From NCBI RefSeq assembly GCF_041956535.1, contig NW_027192197.1, forward strand, positions 631,829 to 695,828: 64,000 nt of DNA, given 5' to 3'. The position numbers were made by a program, and so were the translations under genes. Within the stretch, counting starts at the first letter, position 1. Every line of letters starts with the position of its first letter. The DNA is from Calcarisporiella thermophila CBS 279.70. Lineage: Eukaryota > Fungi > Calcarisporiellomycota. Below are positions 27,331 to 39,378 of the stretch, one piece after another. The notes beneath the pieces were generated by a model that was not told the origin of the DNA, searched no databases, and saw only the letters and a program-made list of their open reading frames with translations.

Positions 27331-30201
27331 TTAGCGTTTCTTTTGCACCAATTCACGACACAGTTCGATAAGCTTTTGTCTCCCATCCATGTCTCCCCGC
27401 CTCAGCTCATTTGACACTGGTATAGACATTTGTTCCAAAATGGTGGCAAGTACTGGGTCTAAGCAAGGTAGATATTAGCGATTAAAGCCAATGTTACAAC
27501 TACGTCTATAATGGACGGTTTACCGTAGAGATATCTGTGTAGTACCACCAAGTCCACTCCTTTCTTTGTAACCATTTGCAAAGCCCAAGCGAGCACTTTG
27601 TGTTCCTTAAAATAGGGCCACCCAAACTGTATCAGTACCAACAGCGAAGCCATATCGGTCTGGCAATACCGATCCTGCACAAGTTCGTATTGAAAACCTG
27701 CCACCAAATGCTTGACACATCTCACTGCTAATCCGAGCATATTTCCCTCGCTGTTTGAATACCGAAGGACCCAGCGCGGATCTGTTGCGGCCTTCTCATA
27801 CCGAGATTCATCTATTTCCATATGCTTTTTCGTCATTAGCGGAGTCGATTGCGGGAGAGAGGCAAGCAATATTGCAAGGTCCAGGCGTGCCTGTTCATGC
27901 CATCCTGCAACTAGGTAGCATAACGCAAGACAATATATGGTTCGGAATGGAAGGATGGGCGGGATTGATTTTGAAGTAGGAGGAGGGTGAGAGGAGGAAG
28001 AGGAACCAGAAGAGGGAGTGGCGGAGGTATTGGATGTAAAATAGGATGCAAGTTGATCAAAAAGCTCCTGATAGTTTTGTTTCGCATCCGGAAGCCAACC
28101 CTAAAAATAAGATAATTAGAAATAAGAGCAATATAGGGGCTGCGAAACTAGATATACATTTAAAAGGCATGTCTCTGCAATCGTTAGCGACACGGCATTA
28201 GAAACATCGTAGCGCAATGCTATACTCTTTAAATTCTTCTTCATATTACTTATGATAGAAAGACGACCTATAGATATGAAAATTAAGGAGAAATTAACCA
28301 GTTCATTTACTAAATTATCGAATGTTTGCTTAATAACATACCAATCGGAGAACTTGCCGGGCTTGCCCATTTAGCACCATCACTCATTGCATCTAATATC
28401 TCTATAATCATTTTCAAATGGCTTATTCCCATCTCTGCCGAGGGAATTTCTTCCTGCTGCTCATTCAGATCCTCATTGATTAAATTAGTTATATGCATAA
28501 TGTTTGAGACTGAAGTGGTGGCTGGTATGGATGGAGGATCTGCAGAAGGATCGCTCTCTACTAACAAGCCAGGGGATCCATCTCTCTCATCGCTCAATTC
28601 GCTATCGGAAGTAGCGCTGTCATCGCCCTCGTTGATACTTCGCCGTAGTCGAAGCGATTGTGGGTAGAGGGGATAAAGAGGTATCAGACATGTCGGTGTG
28701 TCTAAAACAATCCCAATTATTTTGATAAATATCTAGCAAAGTATAGGGAGATTCTAATAGCCTACTTATTGGATGAGCACGACCGTCACTTGAAATTCCA
28801 TTAGCACATAAATAAAAATTGTATGCACTGTAAACAAAGAGGGCGGTGAAGGCGGAAAACTCGAAGTGTTTAATGAACGCTTTGATGTGTGGAGTTTCAA
28901 CACCCTGGCGTGCCTCGGCGATCTTGGTATATAGGATATCTTTGTATTCTGGGTTCTCCAGAGAGGGTAGCGAGGTACATCTGGATATTAAGAACGGGTT
29001 ATGATTAATGCCCTGATACGCGAATGCCAAATTAAAGCTAAATAAATAGAATCTCACGTGTTTGAAGGGTAGAGTCCGCAACTTTCTAGCAACGAGAGTG
29101 GGTATTTAATGGCAGAATGCCAGTCCAACTGCCACAGAAAATAGGAGAGGGCCAAGCCAAGCCACTCTTCGATCTGTTCACAACTCATCCTTATGTCCTT
29201 CGAGCCGTCGTCACCGTCACCACCAACCCAGAGCTTGTGCCGAAAAAGCTGCGGCAAAATATCGCATACTTCGGAAAAAATAAGCAAAGGCGGTTACTAA
29301 TTCAATTTCCAAAATCCGGATCGTAAAAATGCTTAGGCTATTTTACCTAGTAACCGACGATACGGATTTATGGGAGTAAAGCCACCCATTATCTCCTCCC
29401 ACTGAATTAAAAGCTCCGCCGCTTTGACCTAGTAGTAATATAGGTAATTACCAATTAAATCTTGTGCATGGATTACATTTGAAATGGCGACTTACCCCGT
29501 AGCTCGGCGTAATATCGGGAAACGCTTTGATGGCAAACAAGTACATCTTAGAAGCATTTTGTGTATTACCCTTGGACTCGTAATATCCTAAAGATTGGCA
29601 CGTATATATAAATATTATGGGAAAGAAAAAGAGGGGCAAAGCTCAGGTGCGTCCTCACCGGCACTATCGATCAAAAGCTTCTGCTGAAGCCATACGGGTA
29701 GCTTACAATAGAAATCTAGAATACACAAAGAAGTTGGGAGGGGGGCAAAGCAGTTCTCTCATTCATATCCCACTACATACCGTATATTGTCTTATCTTTC
29801 AGGTGAACAATACTTTGTGATATTTCACACATGTAGGCAATAAACCAAGGCGTCGTCCTACTAGACATGTAACTTTGGTAGAGTCCGAGGTTAAAAACAC
29901 GAGATTTTCACAGATAGCGAAAAAAAAAACTAGATTTTCCTTACAGCTCTTCAAACATTGAGATTGATTCTGTCATATTTCCTCGCAGAAGGGCGATTTT
30001 CTGCGCACGGAACTGGATTGAAAGGGATTAAAGTTTCATAATAATATTGATAGTAAAATGTTTACTAGTCAAACCTACTTGAAGCTCTGGTGACATAGGA
30101 TAGATCTGGCTTGCCTCGCATATCTTATTCCAGGCGTCATCGGTTGCGCCCTTGAACAAAAGAGCGTCAATAGATTCGAGAAATGATGGGAATGATGTCA
30201 T
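27331..30201 (-). CDS. INTS10: Integrator complex subunit 10-like protein (about 9-10 exons)
   Basis: Spliced N-terminus 'MTSFPSF...AWNKICEASQIYPMSPELQ|FRAQKIA...|...DFYCKLPVWLQQKLL...PINPYRRLL|VCDILPQL' and C-terminal 'LLVLIQFGWP' are collinear with motifs recalled from animal INTS10 (A..LYP..F.IQ; PVNCFRKLFVCDVLPLI; VLLQQEWP). Confidence 0.7.
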
Positions 30202-31562
30202 AAGGAATGCAAGATGGGGGAGGGGGTGGGGTCAATGGGCTTGTCGAGCTTCTCGCTTCTCTCCCCTCGTATTCAACTTCAGTTGATTGTAAACTGAAAT
30301 TTCTACGAAAACAACTAATGATGCAGGGGAGGAGATGAGGGGAGGATAAGAAGACGGAGCGGTTTGTCGCTTATTCGTTGGAAAAAAAAAAGTGAAATAG
30401 GGTCCGAAGTGAGCGAACAACCGTTATACTTAAAAGGCACTCGTAATCTTTTTTGTTTCGTTCATGTACGATATCCTCGGAGGTCGATGCTACACAAGTT
30501 TACGTACGAAAAAATATCCAAATATTTACTTTTGTTAATAAATCGAATCGGTCTAATTATCAGAAACTGAAATTAACCCTATTTCTTCATTAAGTGGCCC
30601 ACCAATCAACCCATCAAATTCAATATTAATCCGTATATACCAATTAAGCCGATTGTATTCAAACTCATTTCGGAATGCACCCGCAGACGACCAAATAGAC
30701 TGAGAAAATGATATTTCCCCTCTTTATTCTAGGATCCTAATAAATTAGGATCGGTTGAAATGATGCAACCCGGCAATCCAAAAGCCGGAGGCAAACTCAT
30801 AGCAATCTTTGGAATATATATATGACTATTCAACTTAGCTTGGAATAATGGGGCCCAACTATCGACATTACCAATCACACTTTGCTAAGTAGTTTTCATT
30901 TTGTGCCGAAACGAGGAGGGTCTTTGGAGTCCAATTTCCATAACTTAATAAAATAGATTTGGTTAATCCTTCCAGTTTGATCTGTCTCCAGAAAACAATC
31001 TATCCTAGATAGACTATTCACGTCATGACATATCTACCTTTTCTTTCCACCCTTTCCCCCCGCATTGTTTGTATGTGGAGTTGCATGGCCTTGCAATATT
31101 TCTAACTTCACCCCGCATCCCACATAACCACCATGGTCGGAAAAAATAATAACAGAAGTGTATGCTAAGGAAATAAATGAATACAAAGCTTTTTGTTTAT
31201 ATATTTTTATTATATTTGAATGGTAAGAGATTCAGATTGTACCTATATTAATGTGGCTTTGCTCAATTATTGAATTGAACTTGTTCATCTTTGAACGGGT
31301 GTCGTTTCAATGCATTTTCAAGTCCGCAATTAATCTATTCGTCTCAGCTGAAAAACAATAGAATAGAAGAAGCTCAGTTTTCTTTTTATTAGTTCTCTTT
31401 ATCACTCATTTAGCAAGAATTATATTTTGATTTTCCTCCTCTACCTTCCTCCATTACCGAAATTTTTATTTTCCCCTTTTACTCGCCCCCTTATTCTATT
31501 GTTTGTATTACTTTCATTTAACTTTTCCATCATACCTTACACTCATTTAAGTTATACACAAG

Positions 31563-33740
31563 ATGGCTCTCAAGGTTAGTAAGATGCGCGACTGAAATTC
31601 GTGATGAAGTTTTCATTTTATTCCATTCTTATAAACAGTATGAACTCGAAACTTGGCAGGAGGCTGTTGATGCCTTCGACAGTGAGGATTATGAAAAGTC
31701 GATTGAGATGTTCAAGGTAAAGCTTTGTATACCTCACTATTAATAGACTTTTAATTTATCTGTTTAAACTTTTAGGATATTGCTGAATCTTCAAAAATCT
31801 ACTTCAACATCGGTATGGTTTTTGCCAATGTGAGCCAACAGCAAGAAGCGGTAATGTCATTTTAACCCTTTCGCTGAAGACACGTAAAATTAACCACCGT
31901 TTGAATAGATCCTTTGGTTTGATAAGGCGGTTGAACTCGACCGATATCTTGCCATTGCGTATTTTCAACGAGGTGTCTCCAATTTTTTGCTAGGAAACAT
32001 GGCTGAAGCTGAAGGAGATTTCAATACAACACTTCAGGTAGCTAGAAAGCACTTGTTTCCCTTTCAAGTTCATCGACTCATCGCTTTTTCTTTTACTAGA
32101 ACCTCAGGGGTAACCAGGTTATCGATTACACCCAAATAGGCCTCCAACACAAGCTTTTTTCATGTGAAGTGCTTTTTAACCGCGGGCTTGCTAAGCTTTA
32201 TCTGGGCAATTTAGACAGTGGAATGGAGGATCTGAAGTATGCTCAGATGAACAAGCAGGCCGAATCACACGATGTTATTGATGAGGCGATATCCGTTCAA
32301 GGCGAGGTAAGTGCATTGGCTGCCCGCTGAATCCAACTAGTTCTTTTCTAAAATCATGATTAAATCACGAAGGGTTTTACTGTCTTTTCGATACCTCCTG
32401 GAGTCCTTTACCGTCCCCCTGAATCTAAAGTGAAAAACGCAAAAAAAGTCGATTATCTGGGTAACGCACGAGTGATTGCTAGTTTGGAGGATGGCGATAC
32501 ATTCACCGGATTTAAAGCCGCAAAAATGATTGATGAGAAGAATGGAAAAGCAGGGAAACAAGAAAGTGGAAGGACCAAAGAAGGCGAATCTAATGGAGGA
32601 GCCTTTGGAAAACAAGCCGTTCTCCCACCTAAAGATGAACGAGCCATGGCGCTTATTGAACGTGATGGCAAGGTAGATACGTCTAAACTCATGCGTGCGA
32701 ATACTGTTCGTAACGCTAGCCCAGCGCTCAGTCGACAGAACACACTTGGCTCGTTGGCACGTCAAAATACCGTCACCGGTGCCACTCTTGCCCGCCAAAA
32801 TACGTTTGCTGGCAATACCTCTCCTCCGCTTAGCCGGCAGAACTCGAACGCCTCCACTCCAATGCTTCGTCGTCAAAATACCACTGCTCCACCTAGACGC
32901 ATGAATGGTGGCCTAGTCCGGAATAACACATTTTCACCCGGAAGCGGTAACGTACGGGGACTGGGACTAACTTTGATGCGATCAGATCAAGAGGTTCCCG
33001 TTGGTCCTCCTCAAGGCTCTCGTATGGTGACTTCTCCTGAGCTGTATAATGAACCGTCCAGCGATCCGGCTGCGTATATTGATGCCTATGGAGAGTATCC
33101 CGATGGTGGAGGCGGATATTCCTCTCCCTATCCTCAGCAAGGCTCGGGCGACTACTATCCACCCATGCGTCCACAAGGTGGTGGATACTCTCCAAGGCAG
33201 CCTCCTATGCAAGGCTTCCGCCCCGCCCCCTCGCGATTCAATACGGCTCCGCCCCCACTTGATGTCGTTATGGTACGCGGAGGATCAGCACCTACATCCC
33301 CAGACTCCAGCATGATGGATATGCGACCATACGGCGTCGATCAGCAGCTCTATGCAGACCGCCAGAGGAATAGTCCAACTCCAGGTCGAGGATTTGGATC
33401 TAAACCTGATTTGAGGCGTGAGGATTCTCTCTCCTCCATTCGCACGGTGAACATTCAAGGCAAAATCAAGGTCAAGTGTTATCTTCAGTCCCAACCTGAT
33501 AGTGCAAGAGTCCTGTTACTCGATAATGATGTAAACTTCGATGAATTGGTGCGTCGCGTACAACAAAAGTTTGGCGTCTCGACCCCACTGCGTCTCAAAT
33601 ATCGTGACGAAGAGGATGAACTTGTACTGATGACGGATGACAGTGATTTGGCAATTGCAAGGACAATCTCTGAAGCGATATACGGCGATAATGGAGCGGG
33701 CGGGCCAGCCAAGCTTGACTTGTTCTGTTACGATGCTTAA
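31563..33740 (+). CDS. noxR: NADPH oxidase regulator NoxR (p67phox-like; TPR + PB1)
   Basis: Six exons: 'YELETWQEAVDAFD', 'SKIYFNIG', 'LAIAYFQRGVS', 'LRGNQVIDYTQIGL', 'CEVLFNRGL', 'FSIPPGVLYRP', 'DYLGNARVIA'; C-terminal PB1 'LKYRDEEDELVLMTDDSDL'. Confidence 0.93.
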
Positions 33741-34252
33741 GCTTGAAAGCCTCGATGGCATATTCCCTAGCACATAAGAGATGCTATTTTTTAATACTCT
33801 ATATATTATTCATAAACGACAGTGGAGAAGGTGCTGGTCCCCTTTTCCTGCTTTTAAATTTTTTTTTCGTATTTACTCTATGATATCCACTCATTTATTG
33901 TATATAACTTTTTATATTTTTATTTCCCACGCTTCCGATAGCACCTGCGGCTTTCATTTTCCTACTTAATGATGTTTTCCACTACCTCCAAGTCCCCATC
34001 TCTTATTTGCTTCCCATCCCTTATCCTCTCTATATAGTATTCAGACAACTTCAACGTATATTGATTAGTTCATGAACTGTTTTGCTGGACAAAATGAGGA
34101 AATATATCAATGTCAGTATTTCATTACGTTATATAATGAGCGAGTGAAGTGTTTTGTTTTTGCAGTTTACAATCTGATGCTATGATAAAGGAAAGTGAAG
34201 CGATTATTTCTTCAGGACAACCAGCAACATCAAACATGATAAAAATAAAGCA

Positions 34253-34309
34253 GGGGATTGGGAAGCAGGGGAAGGGGGAAGGGGGAAGGGGAAGGGGGAA
34301 GGGGAAGGG
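34253..34309 (+). repeat. (G4-5 AA)n purine tract, potential G-quadruplex
   Basis: ggggattgggaagcaggggaagggggaagggggaaggggaagggggaaggggaaggg. Confidence 0.85.
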
Positions 34310-34474
34310 AGTGCCCGGCATGGTGCAAGTAGAAAGATAGCAAAACAAAAGATAATAACACAATAAAGGGAACATGAGGAAACAAGCATTAGTATGTCGA
34401 CAATAAAAGAGAAATGAATAAATGTAACATAGTTTTCCATAATTCTAGCATCAGAGTTTCAGACAATTCGCTAT

Positions 34475-36140
34475 TTAACAAGGCTCTTTGTCACTTCCCC
34501 TTGAAGTGCTTTGCGTCGGTGTGGGCTGCGCTTGTTTGGATTTGAGCTCTGAAAAATCTGTCTCCCACTCATTTATGTCAAAAGTGGTCGACGCTTCAAG
34601 CTCACCATGGATATCTTTAATAAAATCGAGATAAAATGTTTTATCAGAATCATGTATGCGGAATGGGAGATTTGGGAGAGGGTATATACCTTGATCAGCA
34701 GAGGCTTCAGCAGTGGGTAATGGTGCATTAAAAGCCCAATCTGTTTGGTTTGATTCCTCCTTGGATTTGAGGACTTCATCTGTTGTCCTCCTTGGCTCTT
34801 CATCAGATTCTTCGATGTGCTTAGCTTCTGGCTTTTCTTCTGGTGGCAAAGCATCTGACGTCTTGGCACTTGACGCTGACGGCGAAGCTTCAGATTCGAT
34901 TGGTTCCGTAGTGTTTGTGGATAAGGATGAAGATGTAGGCTTCTCGTCAGGTTTATTGGCAGTGTTATGGACAACTCGGTGATACTCAGCTACATAGTAC
35001 GAAATTATAATGAGTTTAGTGAAATAGCTGAGAGGTGCAGACAAAGAAAATATTTACATTGAACAATGCTCAAAGCACTCTTAAAGTCACTAAGCAATGC
35101 CCTCCCAAGAGAAGTGTAACGGATATAATAGCTGAGCATTGGTATTAACAAGACTGTGTAAGCTGTTTGGAAAAGAGGAAAAAAAGTGAGAACATTAAAG
35201 GAAGACAAAGGAAATAGATATGGATGATACCTAAAGCAAACACTAAAGCTTCCAGCGGAATCAAGTATCCGATCATAGCAACCTCGGCACTCATAAAGCA
35301 TACAATAGGAAGATACTAGATTCAGCATAGATAAGAGAAAATGTCATATACAAAGCCTATGGGCATAAAATTATAGTTGCGTGTGTATCTACCAAGCTCG
35401 TATTTGTCTTGCGAAGCTGGACTATGAGGTTGAGAGATCTTCTTGCAGTCTCTGTTATCCGATAACACATCTCTCCAAGCATATCGCATATATCGTCAAA
35501 TTTAGGTACGTATTGAGGTAAACTAAACGTATGAGGTTAGGTGAGTTTCACGCTCGTTATTCAAAAAGCGCATATTATAAAAAGTATACTATGCTTTCTC
35601 CCACTTTGTTTCTTGGAAAGACTAAAGAAAATGCACATGGACTAAATTAGTCTCTATATTTTTAATGGAAATGAAAACATTTACACTCATCTTACCTCCC
35701 ACAATTTTTGCTTCATATCTTTTGTGAGCACAAGTCCATCCAACATCTCAAAGGCAGCCAAATCAATTGCTAGAGTTGTAAGCCATGGAATATTGCATCT
35801 ATAAACAAGCCTACCATATAATAGATTGTTACTATTAAATTAATTTCATGTAGTTTTGCATTTTATGATTTTGAGAATTTATCTCTCCAAATCACCCTCA
35901 ATAACTTCAGGAGCAACAAAATCATTTACAATAATTATGTTTTTGATGCAAAGTCCAAACTTACCAGATGTGGAACGCAGTACCACTGAAGAACGCAGTA
36001 GCGAATATCGGCTTTCGGCCCAATAGCACAGAGTTGAAGAAGGTGGTTGCCAGCTCTTGCTGTGGTGCCAAACAATAGCGGATTCTACCAGACCAGGAAG
36101 ACCAAGGCTGAGCTTGGGAATGAGAAGAAATTTCCAACAT
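34475..36140 (-). CDS. Reticulon-homology-domain protein of the RETREG/FAM134-ARL6IP1 type with acidic tail
   Basis: Seven exons assemble into 'MLEISS..RIRYCLAPQQELATTFFNSVLLGRKPIF..W|LVYRCNIPWLT..LDGLVL..|SFQETKWEKAY|LPQYVPKFDDICDMLGE..LRKTNTSL|YLPIVCFMSAEVAMIGYLIP..|AYTVLLIPML'. Two long hydrophobic segments are followed by a disordered acidic tail. Confidence 0.65.
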
Positions 36141-37092
36141 GATTTAGGAGCAAGCTATGCGACTATCAAAACCTAGTGAAATGACTTCAAATGACGACCA
36201 AGGCGAAGGAGAAAAATTTCCTGGAGCTATAGTGGAGAGACGTGACTGTCTCAGTCAGGTGAACACGTATGAAAGAAGCATCCCCCAGTCCGCCACATCA
36301 AGATTTCGAATATTAAGACGGGGGATATTGCCTCGATCTTCTTTTTATACTTGCTTCTGCTTGTCTGTACCTTTTTGTAAATAACCTATTTCATACTGGA
36401 CAATAACGATAAGTCCTTCCAACAACTATCTGGATTTTCATTATTAATCTTCTCAATACATAGTGTGACTATTTTTTCATTAAGTCGCTACTCTAAACTT
36501 TATTTTTGGGCCATAATGAAATACCACTCAAACCGAGTCACGATGCCCAAAGAACTCGTGTCTTAAAGACGTCACTTCAATTTCGGACAAATAAAGACCG
36601 CTCATTGAGCCAAGTAAATTTTAATGTTTGGCGAATTCTATGCAGGACTTCTTCATTTCCATTTGATGAGATAAATGGAAGCAATTTGGCGGCATTCAAA
36701 GCTCTCTTAAAATACCTACCTAGCGTGTAGCTAATGGGCAATTTAGGATTCAATAATTAATATAGACTTAATTTCTAATTTCAAATGGGGAATCTGTAAC
36801 GTGCGAAATGGGTATTTTTGTGGAGCAATGCAATATTCACGGATAAACTCCAAAAAAACGTAGATATAGCATAACCTTTCATTCTCCAATTGATATTGCT
36901 TTGCCTGCAGTGTCAAGAAATAGAGGTGTATAGAGGCAAAAGTCAAGGGCGAAAAGGAATAGAAAAAAAAAAATATGATACAGATATATTTTCCCTAAAT
37001 TTTTCATATAACAAATAAAGACCATGACATAATTAAAGATGTCTAAAAAAACAGATCTATAAAAGTTTTCTATCAAGAGGATAAAAAGATAT

Positions 37093-39161
37093 TTAGTTCT
37101 TGTTACTAGCGGAGGATTTATCATCGTCTACAACGGTATCATTTGAAGAGCTGGACTGTTGCTGGGAATTCTTGTACACCATCTCGAACAATTTAAGGGA
37201 GCCTTGCTGGAGATTAGCTGTCTCTGTCTTGATCAGCTCGGGGTCAGCATTTTCAGAATCCGCGTTCTGAGCAAGAGTCTCACGCAGCTTCTTAATTTGC
37301 TCACGGATCTTCTCTGACTCGGCAGCATCAAGACGATCCTTGAATTCATTCATGTGCTTCTCGGTCTCGCTAATAACGCTCTCAGCAGAGTTGGTAGCTT
37401 CAATTGAAGCCTTGCGCTTGGCATCAGACTCAGCAAATTTCTCAGCATCCTTGATCATGTTTTCGATTTCCGAGGAGGATAAACCGGATGAGGCCACGAT
37501 TGACATACTCTGGTCGCGACCAGTAGCCTTATCTCTGGCGCTAACATTCACGATACCATCGGCATCAATATCGAAGCTGACCTCAATTTGAGGAACTCCC
37601 TTGGGTGCGGGGGGAATACCGGTCAGCTGGAAGTTGCCGAGAAGCTTGTTATCACGGCACAATTCACGCTCGCCTTGGAACACCTTAACGTCAACGGCAG
37701 TCTGACCATCAGCAGCGGTGGAGAAAACTTGGGATTTCTTGGTGGGGATAGTCGTATTGCGAGGAATCAAGCGGGTGAACACACCACCGAGAGTCTCGAT
37801 ACCCAAAGAGAGAGGAGTGACATCAAGCAGCAAGATATCAGTTACGGAACCAGCCAATACACCACCTTGAATGGCAGCACCAACGGCAACAGCTTCATCA
37901 GGGTTCACAGACTTGCTTGCTTCACGGCCAAACACGTTTTTCACAATCTCCACAACCTTGGGCATGCGAGTCATACCACCAACAAGAAGGACCTCATTGA
38001 TGTTGGACGTACTAATGCCAGCATCCTTAATTGCCTTCTGGCAGGGATCAATAGTGCGATCAAGCAAATCTTTTACGATGGTCTCAAACTTGGCACGGGT
38101 GAGACGTGTGTTAATGTGCTTGGGGCCGGAGGCATCCGCAGTAATATACGGTAGATTGATATCGGTTTGCACGGTAGAGGACAATTCAATTTTAGCCTTT
38201 TCAGCTGCCTCACGAATACGCTGGATGGCCATGCGGTCTTTTGAGAGGTCAATGCCCGATTCGGCCTTGAATTCCTTCAAAAGGTGCTGAACGAGACGGG
38301 CATCGAAATCTTCACCACCAAGTGCAGTATCACCATTCGTGGACTTCACCTCAAATACACCATTTTGGATTTCAAGGATCGAAATATCAAAAGTGCCACC
38401 TCCCAAATCGTATACAGCGACTGTCTTGTCACCGGACTTATCCAGGCCATAGGCAAGTGCAGCAGCAGTGGGCTCGTTAATCACACGGAGTACTTCCAGA
38501 CCAGCAATTTTGCCAGCATCTTTCGTGGCTTGGCGTTGAGCATCATTGAAGTAGGCGGGGACAGTGACAACTGCGTGTTGGACCTTACGGCCGAAAAAGC
38601 CTTCTGCAGTCTCCTTCATTTTACCAAGAACAAAGGCACCAATCTGCGATGGGGAATACTTCTCATTGCGTGCTTCTACCCATGCGTCTCCGTTGGAGTG
38701 CTTCACGATTTTATAAGAAACCGACTTAATATCTTCCTGCACAGCTTTATCATCATACCGACGGCCAATGAGACGTTTAACAGCATACAGAGTGTTTTCA
38801 GGGTTGACTACGGCTTGGCGCTTAGCGGCTTGACCAACAAGGAGCTCACCATCCTTGGTGAAGGCAACAACTGACGGAGTGGTGCGTGCACCCTCAGCAT
38901 TTTCAATCACTCTTGGATTTTTACCTTCGAGTACAGCAACACAAGAATTGGTTGTTCCCAAGTCAATACCGATCACTGGACCATTTACCGGTGAGCTATA
39001 ATTGCGGGCAAGGACACCCAAGGCAGACCGCTATATAAAATAAATTAAAGAATTTTAACATTATGTATGGTAAAAGATAAAATGATCTAGTAAGCCCTTA
39101 CACTTCTCAAGTAAGCAGAGGTATTGACAAGAGGGAGAGGATTTCGTGCTAGGCGGTACAT
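37093..39161 (-). CDS. SSC1: Mitochondrial Hsp70
   Basis: Presequence exon '[11 protein letters not shown]...', '[10 protein letters not shown]', 'GDAWV', '[11 protein letters not shown]'; no EEVD. Confidence 0.97.
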
Positions 39162-39316
39162 TTTGGGGAGGAAAAAAAAAAAAATTAAATTTTAAGTGAA
39201 AAAGTTACAAGGGGGGATGAATAACTGCTCTCTACGGAATTATAAGGAACGAGATTTTATGTAAACAATCTCGGCAAAACGTCATAAATTATAACACAGT
39301 CACAATAAATCTTAAT

Positions 39317-39336
39317 CGAAGATTCTGGAGATTTCG
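39317..39336. promoter_or_regulatory. Heat-shock element (4 alternating nGAAn units) in the divergent SSC1/ZPR1 promoter
   Basis: cGAAg aTTCt gGAGa tTTCg; one mismatch, correct 5-bp phasing. Confidence 0.7.
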
Positions 39337-39378
39337 ATCGAGCTTCACACATATTCCCCGCATTTTATTATACAACTT

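Noticed and set aside
35523-35589. Possible U12-type intron (5' GTATACTTT) in the FAM134-like gene
   Set aside because: Mismatch to GTATCCTT and no TCCTTAAC branch site; many other introns here also have weak donors.
37340-38874. Long + strand ORFs antisense to Hsp70
   Set aside because: Well-known by-product of Hsp70 codon bias; broken by stops and with no independent gene signals.
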